This document shows, in pieces, positions 55,160 through 64,000 of a stretch of 64,000 nucleotides of DNA. The notes below the pieces were generated by a model. The model did not search any database and was not told the origin of the DNA. It saw only the letters and a program-made list of their open reading frames with translations. The position numbers and the translations under genes are program-made. This DNA comes from an uncultured Candidatus Saccharibacteria bacterium. GTDB taxonomy: Bacteria; Patescibacteriota; Minisyncoccia; Phycocordibacterales; UBA9973. Position 1 is the stretch's first letter; each line of letters starts with the position of its first letter. Location of the stretch: NCBI GenBank assembly GCA_964544225.1, contig CAZIZK010000002.1:69452-133451 (forward strand). Reading direction: 5' to 3'.

Positions 55160-55192
55160 ACCACAAAATAAAAAACACAGATGATAGAATCT
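55160..55192. terminator. Bidirectional terminator (aacacagatgatagaatctgtgtttttt)
   Basis: Hairpin with A-run and T-run downstream of the SWIB gene. Confidence 0.6.
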
Positions 55193-55217
55193 GTGTTTTT
55201 TACTAAACGAATGTTTA

Positions 55218-55475
55218 TTATGAAAGATGCTTTGAAACGAGCTTTGTCATTTCGAACATGTTTACTACAGCCTTGCCACCGAATACCTTCTTTAGGTTTT
55301 CATCGGCTACGATGTTACGCTTTGCCTTTGGATCTTGAAGGCCATGCTTCTTGATGTATACCCACAATGCCTTTACTACCTCTGAGCGTGGCATTGGACC
55401 CTTACCTACAACCGCTGCCAATTCCTCACTTATCTTCATTGGCTTCATAAATGCTGATACCTTTTTTTCTGCCAT
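55218..55475 (-). CDS. SWIB/MDM2 domain protein
   Basis: ..EELAAVVGKGPMPRSEVVKALWVYIKKHGLQDP..is a SWIB-domain signature. 85 aa. Confidence 0.75.
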   Translation of the reverse strand: MAEKKVSAFMKPMKISEELAAVVGKGPMPRSEVVKALWVYIKKHGLQDPKAKRNIVADENLKKVFGGKAVVNMFEMTKLVSKHLS

Positions 55476-55580
55476 AATATATTATTACCACCCGAAGGTG
55501 TTTTAGTTACTTAATAATCTTACCTATCTATTATACCATACAATAATAAAAATGTAGCAATACCCCTAGGGGGAAATCGT

Positions 55581-56342
55581 TTATTTATACTCGGCCTTCA
55601 AAACACTCGCAAGTTCCGACAATGGTAGTGATACCTCGATATTGCCGTATACATATGGTGCGATCTGGTATTGCTGGAATATTATTGTAATATTTGCCCC
55701 ATCAATCATGAATGCAGAATAGTTGTCGGCTGTAGGTGCGGTGCCGTCAGTGAACCATTCAGAAGCGATGGCCTCTTTATAATCGGTATTGGACTTTATC
55801 TTTGCTACGACTTTGTTGGCCAGAGTTTGTAACCCAACACTTGGGTTGGTAAACAAGTCTGACACCCCTATTTGCTTGCCATTTGCATTGAATGTATAAG
55901 TCTGTACTAGGTTGCCACCATGTGCCCCACCGGTAAAGTTGTATATATCGAGCTTGTGAGTTAATAAAGCACTGGAGTGCGAAGTAGCATAGCTAATATT
56001 CATGGTGTATTCCCTATCCTTATCCAGATTCATAGTGGCCATGTCCTCGGCACTAGTGTCGGTAAAGTCATTGTCCTTTTTGAATACTTCGATCTGTTCG
56101 CGTACCTTGCCCTCCACATACGAAGCACCCACTCCGGTAGTTGGATATGTGGCAGTTATGTCTAGGTACTCTATCGAAGTATCGCGAATATCTTTGGTCT
56201 TTATCTGGGTGCCGTCAATATTTACTGGAGTCGGTAGCGTGTCTTGGACTGGATTGTTATAAAATGATCGGTATTTGTAAATCACAATACCCAAGACGAT
56301 GATGACGATGAGTATAAATGTTTTATTATTTTTCCTTCGCAT
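55581..56342 (-). CDS. DUF3298/DUF4163 domain protein (RsiV/PdaC-like), membrane-anchored
   Basis: N-terminal TM. FTGGAHGG motif typical of DUF3298. Confidence 0.6.
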   Translation of the reverse strand: MRRKNNKTFILIVIIVLGIVIYKYRSFYNNPVQDTLPTPVNIDGTQIKTKDIRDTSIEYLDITATYPTTGVGASYVEGKVREQIEVFKKDNDFTDTSAEDMATMNLDKDREYTMNISYATSHSSALLTHKLDIYNFTGGAHGGNLVQTYTFNANGKQIGVSDLFTNPSVGLQTLANKVVAKIKSNTDYKEAIASEWFTDGTAPTADNYSAFMIDGANITIIFQQYQIAPYVYGNIEVSLPLSELASVLKAEYK

Positions 56343-56350
56343 ATATTTGT

Positions 56351-56794
56351 TTATTGAGTTGGGACTATCTCGTTAGTTGTATTGAGTTCTTTATTGTTGG
56401 CCCAAGTGTTTACCTGCTTTGTAACTTCGTCGGCGACAGCCTTCTTTGCTTTGTCTTCGACAACATCTTTGGCACCAGTGATACTGTCTACACCCTTGAA
56501 GCTATTGATAAAGTCGGTAATGCCTGGAGTCTGTGATACAGGGTTTAGATTGTTAGTCTTGAAGAATTGCGAGAATATACTTCCGCCACTACTCGGAACT
56601 ATCTTGTGCCAATACACAAGTACTGTTGTCTTTACATAATTTATATTCTTGTTTAGTTGAGGGTTCTTTGTGATTGAAGCCAGATCATAGCGGAATAATA
56701 TAAATATAATACCAATGATAATGATCAAGGGTAACAGATTGATCCGAGAACCTGATTGGTGATTATGATTGTGTTGTGTGTTCTCCTCCTCCAT
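56351..56794 (-). CDS. Hypothetical membrane-anchored protein
   Basis: 147 aa with one N-terminal TM. Confidence 0.4.
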   Translation of the reverse strand: MEEENTQHNHNHQSGSRINLLPLIIIIGIIFILFRYDLASITKNPQLNKNINYVKTTVLVYWHKIVPSSGGSIFSQFFKTNNLNPVSQTPGITDFINSFKGVDSITGAKDVVEDKAKKAVADEVTKQVNTWANNKELNTTNEIVPTQ

Positions 56795-56812
56795 ATATTT
56801 TTATTATATCAA

Positions 56813-58129
56813 TTAATCTGTTCCGCTACCACTCTTCTTCATACCTGCTGTTGTCTTCGGGAAATACAGCATTGGGTCTAGATACGCAGCTGTCGCAGCC
56901 AATGGCATGATAAATGTCTTGCCACTGCATGAGATGCTAGGCTTTGTCTGCACTGATGCACCGTCAGATGCATATACTGTGACATGTAGGTGTGGCCCTG
57001 TAGAATGCCCAGTGTTGCCAGATAGCCCTACCACATCACCAGCTACGACTTTGTCACCAGCTTTGGCTTGGATACTAGATAGGTGGCCAAATGTACTAGA
57101 CAAGCCGTTGTTGTACTCTATAAATACCCACTTGCCAAATGATGCACCCTTGCAGTACTGGTCAGTGTCACCCACACCGAGCACTGTACCAGTGCCCATA
57201 GCCTTTACAGGTGTACCCACAGATGCACGAAAGTCTACACCACTGTGGCTACCAGATGTATACAACCTTTTCGAAGCAGTTGTTTTACCAAATAATTGAG
57301 TGATAACAATATTGTCCAATGGCCACGCCAAAGGTGCTGAACCAATAGTTGGAAGCAATTTATTATTTAATATGAACTTGATCTGCGATTCATAATCACG
57401 GATCTCCTTTTCGAATGCGTCGCGCTTCTTTTGACTCTCGGCTAGTAGGCGCTGATATTCTGATTCTTTATTTTTTGTAGCTTTTAGTAATTTATCCTTT
57501 TCGGCTTTACTGATCTCTACAGCCTTTTGGCTAAGGGTTAGGTCGTTCTGCAATTTGGTCAATTTCGCCTTCTCCTCCTCCTTTTGTTCCTTTGCCTTTT
57601 CTACTACTACCACTGCGCTCTTTACGTTGCCGATAAAGTTGTTGATATTGTTCGCTAGGGATATCCTGTTGTTGTATTCCTTTGCTACATCACTGAATGT
57701 GTCGAGCGTTAGTAAGTGTTCAGTAACAGAAGTATTGTCCTGTTGGTACAAGTCGTACAAGGCCTTCTTCATAGCGGTCTTTGTGACATCTATGTTCTGG
57801 TTCTTCTGATTGATATCGGCAGACAAGTTCTGAATCACAGCACCTGTTAATTTAATCTTGCTTGATGTTTGCTTTACCTGGGCTTGGAGTTTGCTACGTG
57901 TAGCTGACAATTCGCGGATACGGGCGGAGAGAGTGTTCTTCTCCTCTTGAGTCTGGCTGATCTGGCCCTGGTATTGGGATATCTGTTTATCAAGCTCGGC
58001 TATCTGCTGGTTCATGGTAGCTATCTGTTGCTCTAGAGATTCCTTTGTAGCAGTAGGTGTCGCAGCAAAAGAAACATTTGTAAATGTAATACAAATGAGA
58101 GTTATAGATAAAATTAAAAATCTACGCAT
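56813..58129 (-). CDS. Coiled-coil M23-family peptidoglycan endopeptidase (EnvC/LytM-like)
   Basis: Signal peptide. About 230 aa of coiled coil. C-terminal GNTGHSTGPHLHVTVY (HxH) and HSGVDFRA M23 motifs. Confidence 0.75.
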   Translation of the reverse strand: MRRFLILSITLICITFTNVSFAATPTATKESLEQQIATMNQQIAELDKQISQYQGQISQTQEEKNTLSARIRELSATRSKLQAQVKQTSSKIKLTGAVIQNLSADINQKNQNIDVTKTAMKKALYDLYQQDNTSVTEHLLTLDTFSDVAKEYNNRISLANNINNFIGNVKSAVVVVEKAKEQKEEEKAKLTKLQNDLTLSQKAVEISKAEKDKLLKATKNKESEYQRLLAESQKKRDAFEKEIRDYESQIKFILNNKLLPTIGSAPLAWPLDNIVITQLFGKTTASKRLYTSGSHSGVDFRASVGTPVKAMGTGTVLGVGDTDQYCKGASFGKWVFIEYNNGLSSTFGHLSSIQAKAGDKVVAGDVVGLSGNTGHSTGPHLHVTVYASDGASVQTKPSISCSGKTFIMPLAATAAYLDPMLYFPKTTAGMKKSGSGTD

Positions 58130-58149
58130 GTATACAGTATACTATATTT

Positions 58150-59631
58150 CTACAACATCTCCAGTGCGTTTTGTAAACGCAAGACTGTTTCTTCGTGTCC
58201 TAGTACTTCTGCAAGCACAAATGGGTCTGGAGATTTCTCGCGACCAGAAAGTGCATAACGCATTGGCCACAATACTTGCCCACGGCCCACAACGGTAGCA
58301 TAGTCCCAGATCGCGTTCTTTATATTTTCATTATTCCAAGTTTCTACAGTGCCTAGTATCTCGATGATTTTATTCAAAGCTTGCTTTGTCACTTCTTTAC
58401 CCTTGTTTGGATCTTCTTCGGTATTTAACTTCTTTGCTTGGGCAAGTAATATGTCGGTAGCTAGTGTCGGTTCTTTGAAGAAGTATTCAATATCGCCAGC
58501 TATACACATGGCCTCGATATCGGTACCACAGTTCACACGCTCCATGATTATCGGAACTATGGCATGCAGGCGCTCGGTGCTGTAGTGTGGCAGACTCTTT
58601 ATTTCAGATATTATGTATTGATTGATATATTCCTCTTGCTCCTCGTAAGACATACGCTTTAGATGCTCGCGGTTTACCCAGTCGAGCTTCTCATCGTTGA
58701 ATTGTGCACCTGATCGGCCCACCTTTTCAATATCGAAAGTATTAGTAAGTTCACTCGGTGTAAATATCTCTTGTTCGGTGCCTGGGTTCCAGCCTAGGAG
58801 TGCTAGGAAGTTCATCATCGCGTTCGGCAAGTAGCCTTCGGTGCGGTATTCGAGGATATCTTTGGCACCGTCACGCTTGCCCAACTTTTTATTGCCACCT
58901 TCTGCGAGTATTGGTGGAAGTGTTGCAAACAGTGGCGCATCGCATCCAAGTGCTTCATATACAGAAAGGAACTTTGGTGTAGAGGAAATAAATTCTTGCC
59001 CACGCATGACATGTGTCACACCCATCTCGATATCATCCACAATGTGCGCAAAGTTGTATGTGGGGTAACCATCGCTCTTTATCAATATGAAGTCATCCAG
59101 AGCCTCTTCACCAGCAGACAAGTCACCGTATACCAGGTCATGCCATTCGTATCTCTTTATACTTGGAACTTTGAATCGCAATGGCTTGCTTCCATCCCAA
59201 ACCTCATTTACATCTTTGCGATGCTCACGGTATAGGAATGCACGCTTCTCCTCTTCGGCTTGCTTCCTCAATACATTGATCTCTTCTTCTGTATATGGGT
59301 CGGGATATGCGTAGCCTTTGTCTATCAATATCTGTGCATACTCGCGGTACTTCTGTAGGCGTTGTGACTGGATATATGGTGCATGCTGGCCACCAATATC
59401 TGGGCCTTCGTCATAATCCATACCTAGCCATGCAATAGATTCGATAATATGCTCGATAGAGCCCATTACCTCGCGTTCCTTGTCGGTGTCCTCGATACGC
59501 AATATAAAAGTCCCGCCATGTTTGCGGGCATATAGCCATGCATATAGTGCTGTACGCAAGCCACCCACATGCATGAAGCCTGTTGGTGATGGAGCAAAAC
59601 GCGTAACAACTTTTTTGTTTTCTTTATTCAT
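58150..59631 (-). CDS. gltX: Glutamate--tRNA ligase
   Basis: VVTRFAPSPTGFMHVGGLRTALYAWL (HIGH-class) N-terminus. Start taken at MNKENKK (ORF caller start 59661). Confidence 0.9.
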   Translation of the reverse strand: MNKENKKVVTRFAPSPTGFMHVGGLRTALYAWLYARKHGGTFILRIEDTDKEREVMGSIEHIIESIAWLGMDYDEGPDIGGQHAPYIQSQRLQKYREYAQILIDKGYAYPDPYTEEEINVLRKQAEEEKRAFLYREHRKDVNEVWDGSKPLRFKVPSIKRYEWHDLVYGDLSAGEEALDDFILIKSDGYPTYNFAHIVDDIEMGVTHVMRGQEFISSTPKFLSVYEALGCDAPLFATLPPILAEGGNKKLGKRDGAKDILEYRTEGYLPNAMMNFLALLGWNPGTEQEIFTPSELTNTFDIEKVGRSGAQFNDEKLDWVNREHLKRMSYEEQEEYINQYIISEIKSLPHYSTERLHAIVPIIMERVNCGTDIEAMCIAGDIEYFFKEPTLATDILLAQAKKLNTEEDPNKGKEVTKQALNKIIEILGTVETWNNENIKNAIWDYATVVGRGQVLWPMRYALSGREKSPDPFVLAEVLGHEETVLRLQNALEML

Positions 59632-59638
59632 ATAATAT

Positions 59639-60772
59639 TTATTCTTCGTGACTAATAGCAATGTTCAGAGCTTCGCGGGCGATCTTGTTCGCGGCGTCAG
59701 GTGTGGCAAATGCGTGAGTCTTCTTTACCATTACATCGTACCTTTCTTTGTTATTCATTATTTTATCAATTTCGGCTACGAGTACATGTGGAGTCAGATT
59801 TGCCTCTTCGATCACTTCGCAGGCACCAGCACGTGCGTAGTTGAATGCGTTCTTCCTCTGGTGATCGCCATTACTATTGGTGATAGGGATAATGATAGAC
59901 GGTATACCCCATGATGCTATCTCGAATATTGTAGATCCTGCACGAGACACTACAATAGATGCAGCACCCGATGCCATCTTTGTAGTTAGATTGTTCATGT
60001 ATGCAAATGGTTGATAGCGTTCTTTATTTGGGTTCTTGTCTAGTATCAGGTTCGCACGCAAGGCAACTTCGTCCTGATTCTTCTGGCCTGTTTGGTGAAG
60101 GATTTGATATTTCTCTACAAGTAGTGGCAATGCATCCAGTACTACATTGTTGATCTTCTCTGCGCCTTGTGAGCCACCTTGTACCAATATAGTTGGCAGA
60201 GTTTTGTCGAGCTTGAAGAAGTCGTATGAAGTGTCCATATCGCCACGCACAATTTCCTTCCTCACTGGTTGGCCTGTCCACGCTACTTTGTCCTTTGGGA
60301 ATTTTTCGCCAGCTTCTGAATATGACACTGCGATACGACGAGCAAATGTTGCACTCCATTCATTCAATCGTCCTGGGTAAGAGTCGGACTCGTGGACTAT
60401 AAGTGGTATGCGTAATACTTTGGCTGCAAATACGGCTGGGAATGCGCCATAGCCACCTTTGGAAATTATTACATCTGGGTATATAGCAAATACGCGCAAT
60501 ACTCCTACCATAGCCCCGATACCTGCCGTGATCATGTCAAAGAAGTTCTTTATACTGCTATATGTACGCATCTTGCCAGCCGGAACTGCAACAAAAGTGA
60601 TATTGTTGTTAGACAATGCTTGTTTGTCGTATGGCTTGTCAGACATGTAGTATAGCTTTACATTGAGCAAGCGCTCCTTTTCCGCCAATACATTTAACTC
60701 CTCGGCAATAGCTATAAGTGGGTAGAAATGTCCCCCAGTCCCCCCACCTGTAAGTAATATCTTCATATTCAT
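59639..60772 (-). CDS. murG: Undecaprenyldiphospho-muramoylpentapeptide beta-N-acetylglucosaminyltransferase
   Basis: MKILLTGGGTGGHFYP N-terminal signature. GT28 fold length. Confidence 0.9.
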   Translation of the reverse strand: MNMKILLTGGGTGGHFYPLIAIAEELNVLAEKERLLNVKLYYMSDKPYDKQALSNNNITFVAVPAGKMRTYSSIKNFFDMITAGIGAMVGVLRVFAIYPDVIISKGGYGAFPAVFAAKVLRIPLIVHESDSYPGRLNEWSATFARRIAVSYSEAGEKFPKDKVAWTGQPVRKEIVRGDMDTSYDFFKLDKTLPTILVQGGSQGAEKINNVVLDALPLLVEKYQILHQTGQKNQDEVALRANLILDKNPNKERYQPFAYMNNLTTKMASGAASIVVSRAGSTIFEIASWGIPSIIIPITNSNGDHQRKNAFNYARAGACEVIEEANLTPHVLVAEIDKIMNNKERYDVMVKKTHAFATPDAANKIAREALNIAISHEE

Positions 60773-60915
60773 ATATTCTACCGCATCTTCCCCATTTTTT
60801 CTAGTATTCTCTACCCACAGATAGTCACCCGGTCACTATCTGGCAAAAAGAAAAACCCCAAGCATTGGAGTTTTTCTCCAAAGCTCAGGGCTTTTTAAAA
60901 TTTTTAGCAGTTAGT

Positions 60916-61287
60916 TTATATTCCGAAGAATAGATAAATACTGAAAGTTAGTAAACTTGCAATATTTAAAAAAACTATCATACCACTCAAAAACATGATC
61001 ATATCCTTGTTTCTCATGGCATGAGCACATGAAAGATAATCATTGTTTTGATGAATTGTTACCGCGTTTGTTACGCGGATTATTAACATTAATGATGTAA
61101 ATACACCCAAAATGTTAACAATTGCACAAATCCATCCGATTAAGGAGTGATCATACGTCCATTGAGAAATGAATCCAATAAGAATCATTGCTGCTAGTGA
61201 TGTTGTAAAGCTGATCACTGGCAAGCTTTTGGTGTTCCATCCGAATTTTTCAGATGAGTTTTCTGTGTTTAAAATTAAATTTTTCAT
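60916..61287 (-). CDS. Hypothetical membrane protein
   Basis: 123 aa with 3-4 TM. Confidence 0.4.
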   Translation of the reverse strand: MKNLILNTENSSEKFGWNTKSLPVISFTTSLAAMILIGFISQWTYDHSLIGWICAIVNILGVFTSLMLIIRVTNAVTIHQNNDYLSCAHAMRNKDMIMFLSGMIVFLNIASLLTFSIYLFFGI

Positions 61288-61494
61288 AATTGTTTTGTTT
61301 AAGGTTTGTTGCAGTGGCCAAAATATTCAGCCATTAGAACAAACCCTCAACAAAACATGAAAAACGTATCAATGTACTTTATTGGGTATATTATAGCACA
61401 ATAATACCCTATCTGTCAAGGTGCTAGAAACGGGTATTTAACCCTTATTTTACAAGTTATTATTCCGCCCGTGCCTAAAGCACGGGCGGAAGTG

Positions 61495-62604
61495 TTAGTC
61501 GGTGGATTTTTTATAGAAGCGGGAGATGTGCAGGATGATACCCATAGCACCCAGGGTGATGGCAAGCGCAGTTCCACCATGGCTGACAAATGGTAATGGT
61601 ACACCAGTGAGCGGAAAGACTCCGATGATAGATGCAATATTCATAAATGCTTGCGCGGTAAAGAGTGTGATGAGGCCGATGACCAAGAGTTTAGAGAAAG
61701 AGTCCGGTGCACCCCTGGCGACTTTGTACCCTCGGAAGCAAAATGCAAGATACAGTACTATCAACACTGTTGCCCCGATGAACCCCACCTCCTCCCCCAC
61801 TACAGCAAATACCGAGTCACCCTGAGGCTCGGGCAAATAATTGAACTTCTGTATACTTTGCCCGAGCCCGCGGCCAAATATTCCACCTGAACCGATAGCT
61901 ATCAGTGACTGCTGTAACTGGTACGATGAGCCACTTGGGTCACGATCTGGGTGTAGGAATGTAGCTACACGATCCTGTAGATATGGCTTGAACGATATTA
62001 AAATTAGAAATCCAATAATAGAAACTACTAGTATTCCTAATATATGTTTCCACTGCATACCAGATACGAATAGCATGGCCATAGCTGTAATAGACATGAG
62101 GATCAGGCTCTTTGTGTCGGGTTGCTTCAGTAGTACTACTGCTATGATCCCGAGCATGATAAATAGTGGTATGACAGAGAATTTGATATCGCGGACCTTG
62201 CCCTTTACCCACGACAGCCATGAAGCAAAGTAAATAATGAATCCAATCTTTAGGAACTCTACTGGCTGAAATGATATACCGAATATGTCTATCCACCTAC
62301 GTGCACCACCGTGGGCAAAGCCTATGTGCGGTACAAATACTAATGTTGTCAGTATGATAGAAGCTAGGAATATGATCAGAGACTTCTCTTTCCAGAATTT
62401 ATAAGGAATCTTTAACGCAAAGTACATGGCTATACCCCCACCCACCAGGCCAAATACGAATTGGTTAAATATGACTCCGTAGAACTTTGACTCGTTCTTT
62501 GCCAATATTCCCAATGATGCCGATGTAAATATAATAGCCCCAGCAATAATAAGTGCCAGGATGATAGTAAAGAATATTTTGTCTACACTTTTTACTTTAT
62601 TCAT
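61495..62604 (-). CDS. ftsW: SEDS-family peptidoglycan glycosyltransferase FtsW/RodA
   Basis: 10 TM and conserved SEDS blocks (..GIGRG..QSLIAIGSGG..). Start taken at MNKVKSVDKIF. Confidence 0.8.
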   Translation of the reverse strand: MNKVKSVDKIFFTIILALIIAGAIIFTSASLGILAKNESKFYGVIFNQFVFGLVGGGIAMYFALKIPYKFWKEKSLIIFLASIILTTLVFVPHIGFAHGGARRWIDIFGISFQPVEFLKIGFIIYFASWLSWVKGKVRDIKFSVIPLFIMLGIIAVVLLKQPDTKSLILMSITAMAMLFVSGMQWKHILGILVVSIIGFLILISFKPYLQDRVATFLHPDRDPSGSSYQLQQSLIAIGSGGIFGRGLGQSIQKFNYLPEPQGDSVFAVVGEEVGFIGATVLIVLYLAFCFRGYKVARGAPDSFSKLLVIGLITLFTAQAFMNIASIIGVFPLTGVPLPFVSHGGTALAITLGAMGIILHISRFYKKSTD

Positions 62605-62605
62605 A

Positions 62606-63655
62606 CTACTGTAGGAAAGATAATACGACGCCAATAATAGATGTCATAATACCGATGATCCAGTAGCGCATGGTGACCTTGTATTTCGGCCAGCCCTTCA
62701 TCTCAAAGTGGTGGTGCAGTGGTGCCATGCGGAATACCTTCTTGCCATGGCGGAATCGCCTAGACAGCATCTGGATAATGTCAGACAGTGATGTGATAAA
62801 TAATGGAAATGCAATAATAGGTAGCAACAGTACTGTATCAGTCAGGAATGCGATAGTTGAAAGCGTTACAGTCAGCCCTATCATACCTGTTTCCCCCATA
62901 TAGAAGCGTGCAGGTGGTATGTTGTACCAGAGGAATGCAAGTATACCTGCTGTAACCACCGCGCAGAATGCTGCCAGATTCAACTGCCCATGACCAAATG
63001 CTATCACAGCGTAACCGGCAAATATTGGGGCCAATACCCCACCCGATAAGCCATCGATACCATCGATCACCGATGATGAGAAGACGGCAAGCATAATGAG
63101 GATGAAGAAAGGTATAAATGCTAGACCAAGATACAATGTGCCGTCAAATGGTATGTGTAGTGTCTCCATACCCAACTTGCTATAGAACCACCACCCGATC
63201 ACAGCACCTAGCGCTACGATGATACCCACCTTGAGCCATCGCAATACTATAGGGTCACCCCGTAGCCTGCCACTGGCAAATATCTGGATAAAGTCATCAC
63301 CGAGACCAATGATAGATGCAAGTATTAGCGTAACGAATGGCAACAATGTCTCAGCACGAGTGATGAAGTATAAATGATCGGATAATCTATCACTAATAAA
63401 GAAAGAAATTATCCAAAGTATAAAGAGTGTAAATATAACAGACATCCAGATGATCATCCCACCTACGCGTGGTGTGCGAAGTTCTGTGTCTTCATATATA
63501 TTCTTGAATTCTGCATTACCTGTGGCAACTGTGACGCGACTGGTCTTGCGCCACAGTTTGTATTTATAAAAGAAATGAGTAAAGACCGGGGTAAGTAATA
63601 TACCCGAAATAAAGCTGATTATAGCTGGTATCAATATCTTTAATGCATTACTCAT
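62606..63655 (-). CDS. mraY: Phospho-N-acetylmuramoyl-pentapeptide transferase
   Basis: Conserved MraY blocks (..DGIDGL..HHHFE..). Confidence 0.9.
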   Translation of the reverse strand: MSNALKILIPAIISFISGILLTPVFTHFFYKYKLWRKTSRVTVATGNAEFKNIYEDTELRTPRVGGMIIWMSVIFTLFILWIISFFISDRLSDHLYFITRAETLLPFVTLILASIIGLGDDFIQIFASGRLRGDPIVLRWLKVGIIVALGAVIGWWFYSKLGMETLHIPFDGTLYLGLAFIPFFILIMLAVFSSSVIDGIDGLSGGVLAPIFAGYAVIAFGHGQLNLAAFCAVVTAGILAFLWYNIPPARFYMGETGMIGLTVTLSTIAFLTDTVLLLPIIAFPLFITSLSDIIQMLSRRFRHGKKVFRMAPLHHHFEMKGWPKYKVTMRYWIIGIMTSIIGVVLSFLQ

Positions 63656-64000
63656 TTGTGTCTACTTGATTATTTAATGCTTTTTGTATCTCAGATACTA
63701 CTTCACTGTATCGTGGCAATTCCTCTATATTTGTAACACCCATGAATCGTAGTACTTCGATAGTTGGCTTGTATACGGCACGGCGTGAATCGTTCGGGTC
63801 GATACCCTTCTCGATCAAACCGCGGATCATCAGGTTGCGAAGTATGAATCCAGAATTTACTCCACGGATATAGTCGATCTCACTTCTTGTAACACCACTC
63901 TTGTAAAGTATGATAGATAGTGTGTCCAGTGTTGCTTTGGACAAGTCCTTTGTCACCTCTTCACGGCGAAGTTCTTCTAGAAATACGCTTGCACTCGGTG
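63648..64000 (-). CDS. scpB: Segregation and condensation protein B, C-terminal part (5' end beyond window)
   Basis: ..SRSEIDYIRGVNSGFILRNLMIRGLIE..RAVYKPTIEVLRFMGV..is the ScpB second winged-helix domain. Reading frame stays open to the window edge. Confidence 0.6.
   Translation of the reverse strand, partial: PSASVFLEELRREEVTKDLSKATLDTLSIILYKSGVTRSEIDYIRGVNSGFILRNLMIRGLIEKGIDPNDSRRAVYKPTIEVLRFMGVTNIEELPRYSEVVSEIQKALNNQVDTNE

Noticed and set aside
55148-55165. Treating every TTGTGGTATAAT match as a functional promoter
   Set aside because: I kept these as candidates only. The motif is short, and in this AT-rich genome TATAAT-like hexamers are frequent. Only those positioned 6-60 nt upstream of a start codon were listed.
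59631-59661. ORF-caller starts extended upstream for gltX (59661), trhO (24181), rplY (11798), GIY-YIG (41585), Dam-like methyltransferase (51863) and the 33998 gene (35911)
   Set aside because: Conserved N-terminal motifs and intergenic promoter or terminator signals indicate later Met starts. The extensions overlap neighbouring genes or regulatory hairpins.

Overview
This 64 kb window reads as a gene-dense, moderately AT-rich bacterial chromosome segment with a streamlined, fermentative gene set. A Patescibacteria/CPR-like or otherwise reduced lineage is possible, but that is inference only. I see no evidence for a non-standard genetic code, and there are no rRNA genes or CRISPR arrays.

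Recognisable content, in order along the window:
- A pentose-phosphate/glycolysis cluster: gap C-terminus, rpiB, rpe, split transketolase N and C subunits, then a PfkB-type kinase divergent from class I fructose-bisphosphate aldolase, and an FAD-linked Dld-like dehydrogenase.
- Ribosomal and translation genes: L25, L31, RF1 (prfA), L9, L27, and a lone tRNA-Ile(GAT).
- A complete F1Fo ATP synthase operon (atpZ-like, then atpB-E-F-H-A-G-D-C).
- trhO, rsmI, an S41 C-terminal processing protease, a CAP-domain protein, VIT, TspO and several DoxX membrane proteins, msrA, an Ogt-like protein and a GIY-YIG protein.
- A lexA module with a clear Cheo-type SOS box.
- An ArsR-family regulator with tag and msrB.
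- An AT-rich island of about 5 kb carrying a Dam-like methyltransferase plus a second methyltransferase and a putative restriction endonuclease.
- A dcw fragment (mraY-ftsW-murG), gltX and scpB at the right-hand end.

The non-obvious signals I would rank highest:
1. A previously unrecognised MITE-like family with CCCGTTAGARG terminal inverted repeats, in three copies with 5-7 bp target duplications. Two copies sit exactly on the ATG of leaderless genes and the third sits on a -35-like hexamer.
2. Three near-identical 34-38 bp perfect palindromes around an autoregulated ArsR-family gene.
3. Two large paralogous surface proteins ending in a peptidoglycan-binding domain. They share 5' and 3' ends but have different beta-propeller cores, and a (TA)9 versus (TA)5 tract abuts their start codons.
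4. A restriction-modification island with uncharacterised companion genes, bounded by a truncated VOC-family gene fragment.
5. A consensus promoter placed directly upstream of an intrinsic terminator, suggesting a roughly 55 nt sRNA.
6. A 21-codon lysine-rich micro-ORF with its own promoter and terminator whose product starts MGKGD, reminiscent of ribosomal protein bTHX.
7. A recurring module of terminator hairpin followed by TTTGTGGTATAAT, and many apparently leaderless genes (-10 hexamer 6-8 nt before the ATG).
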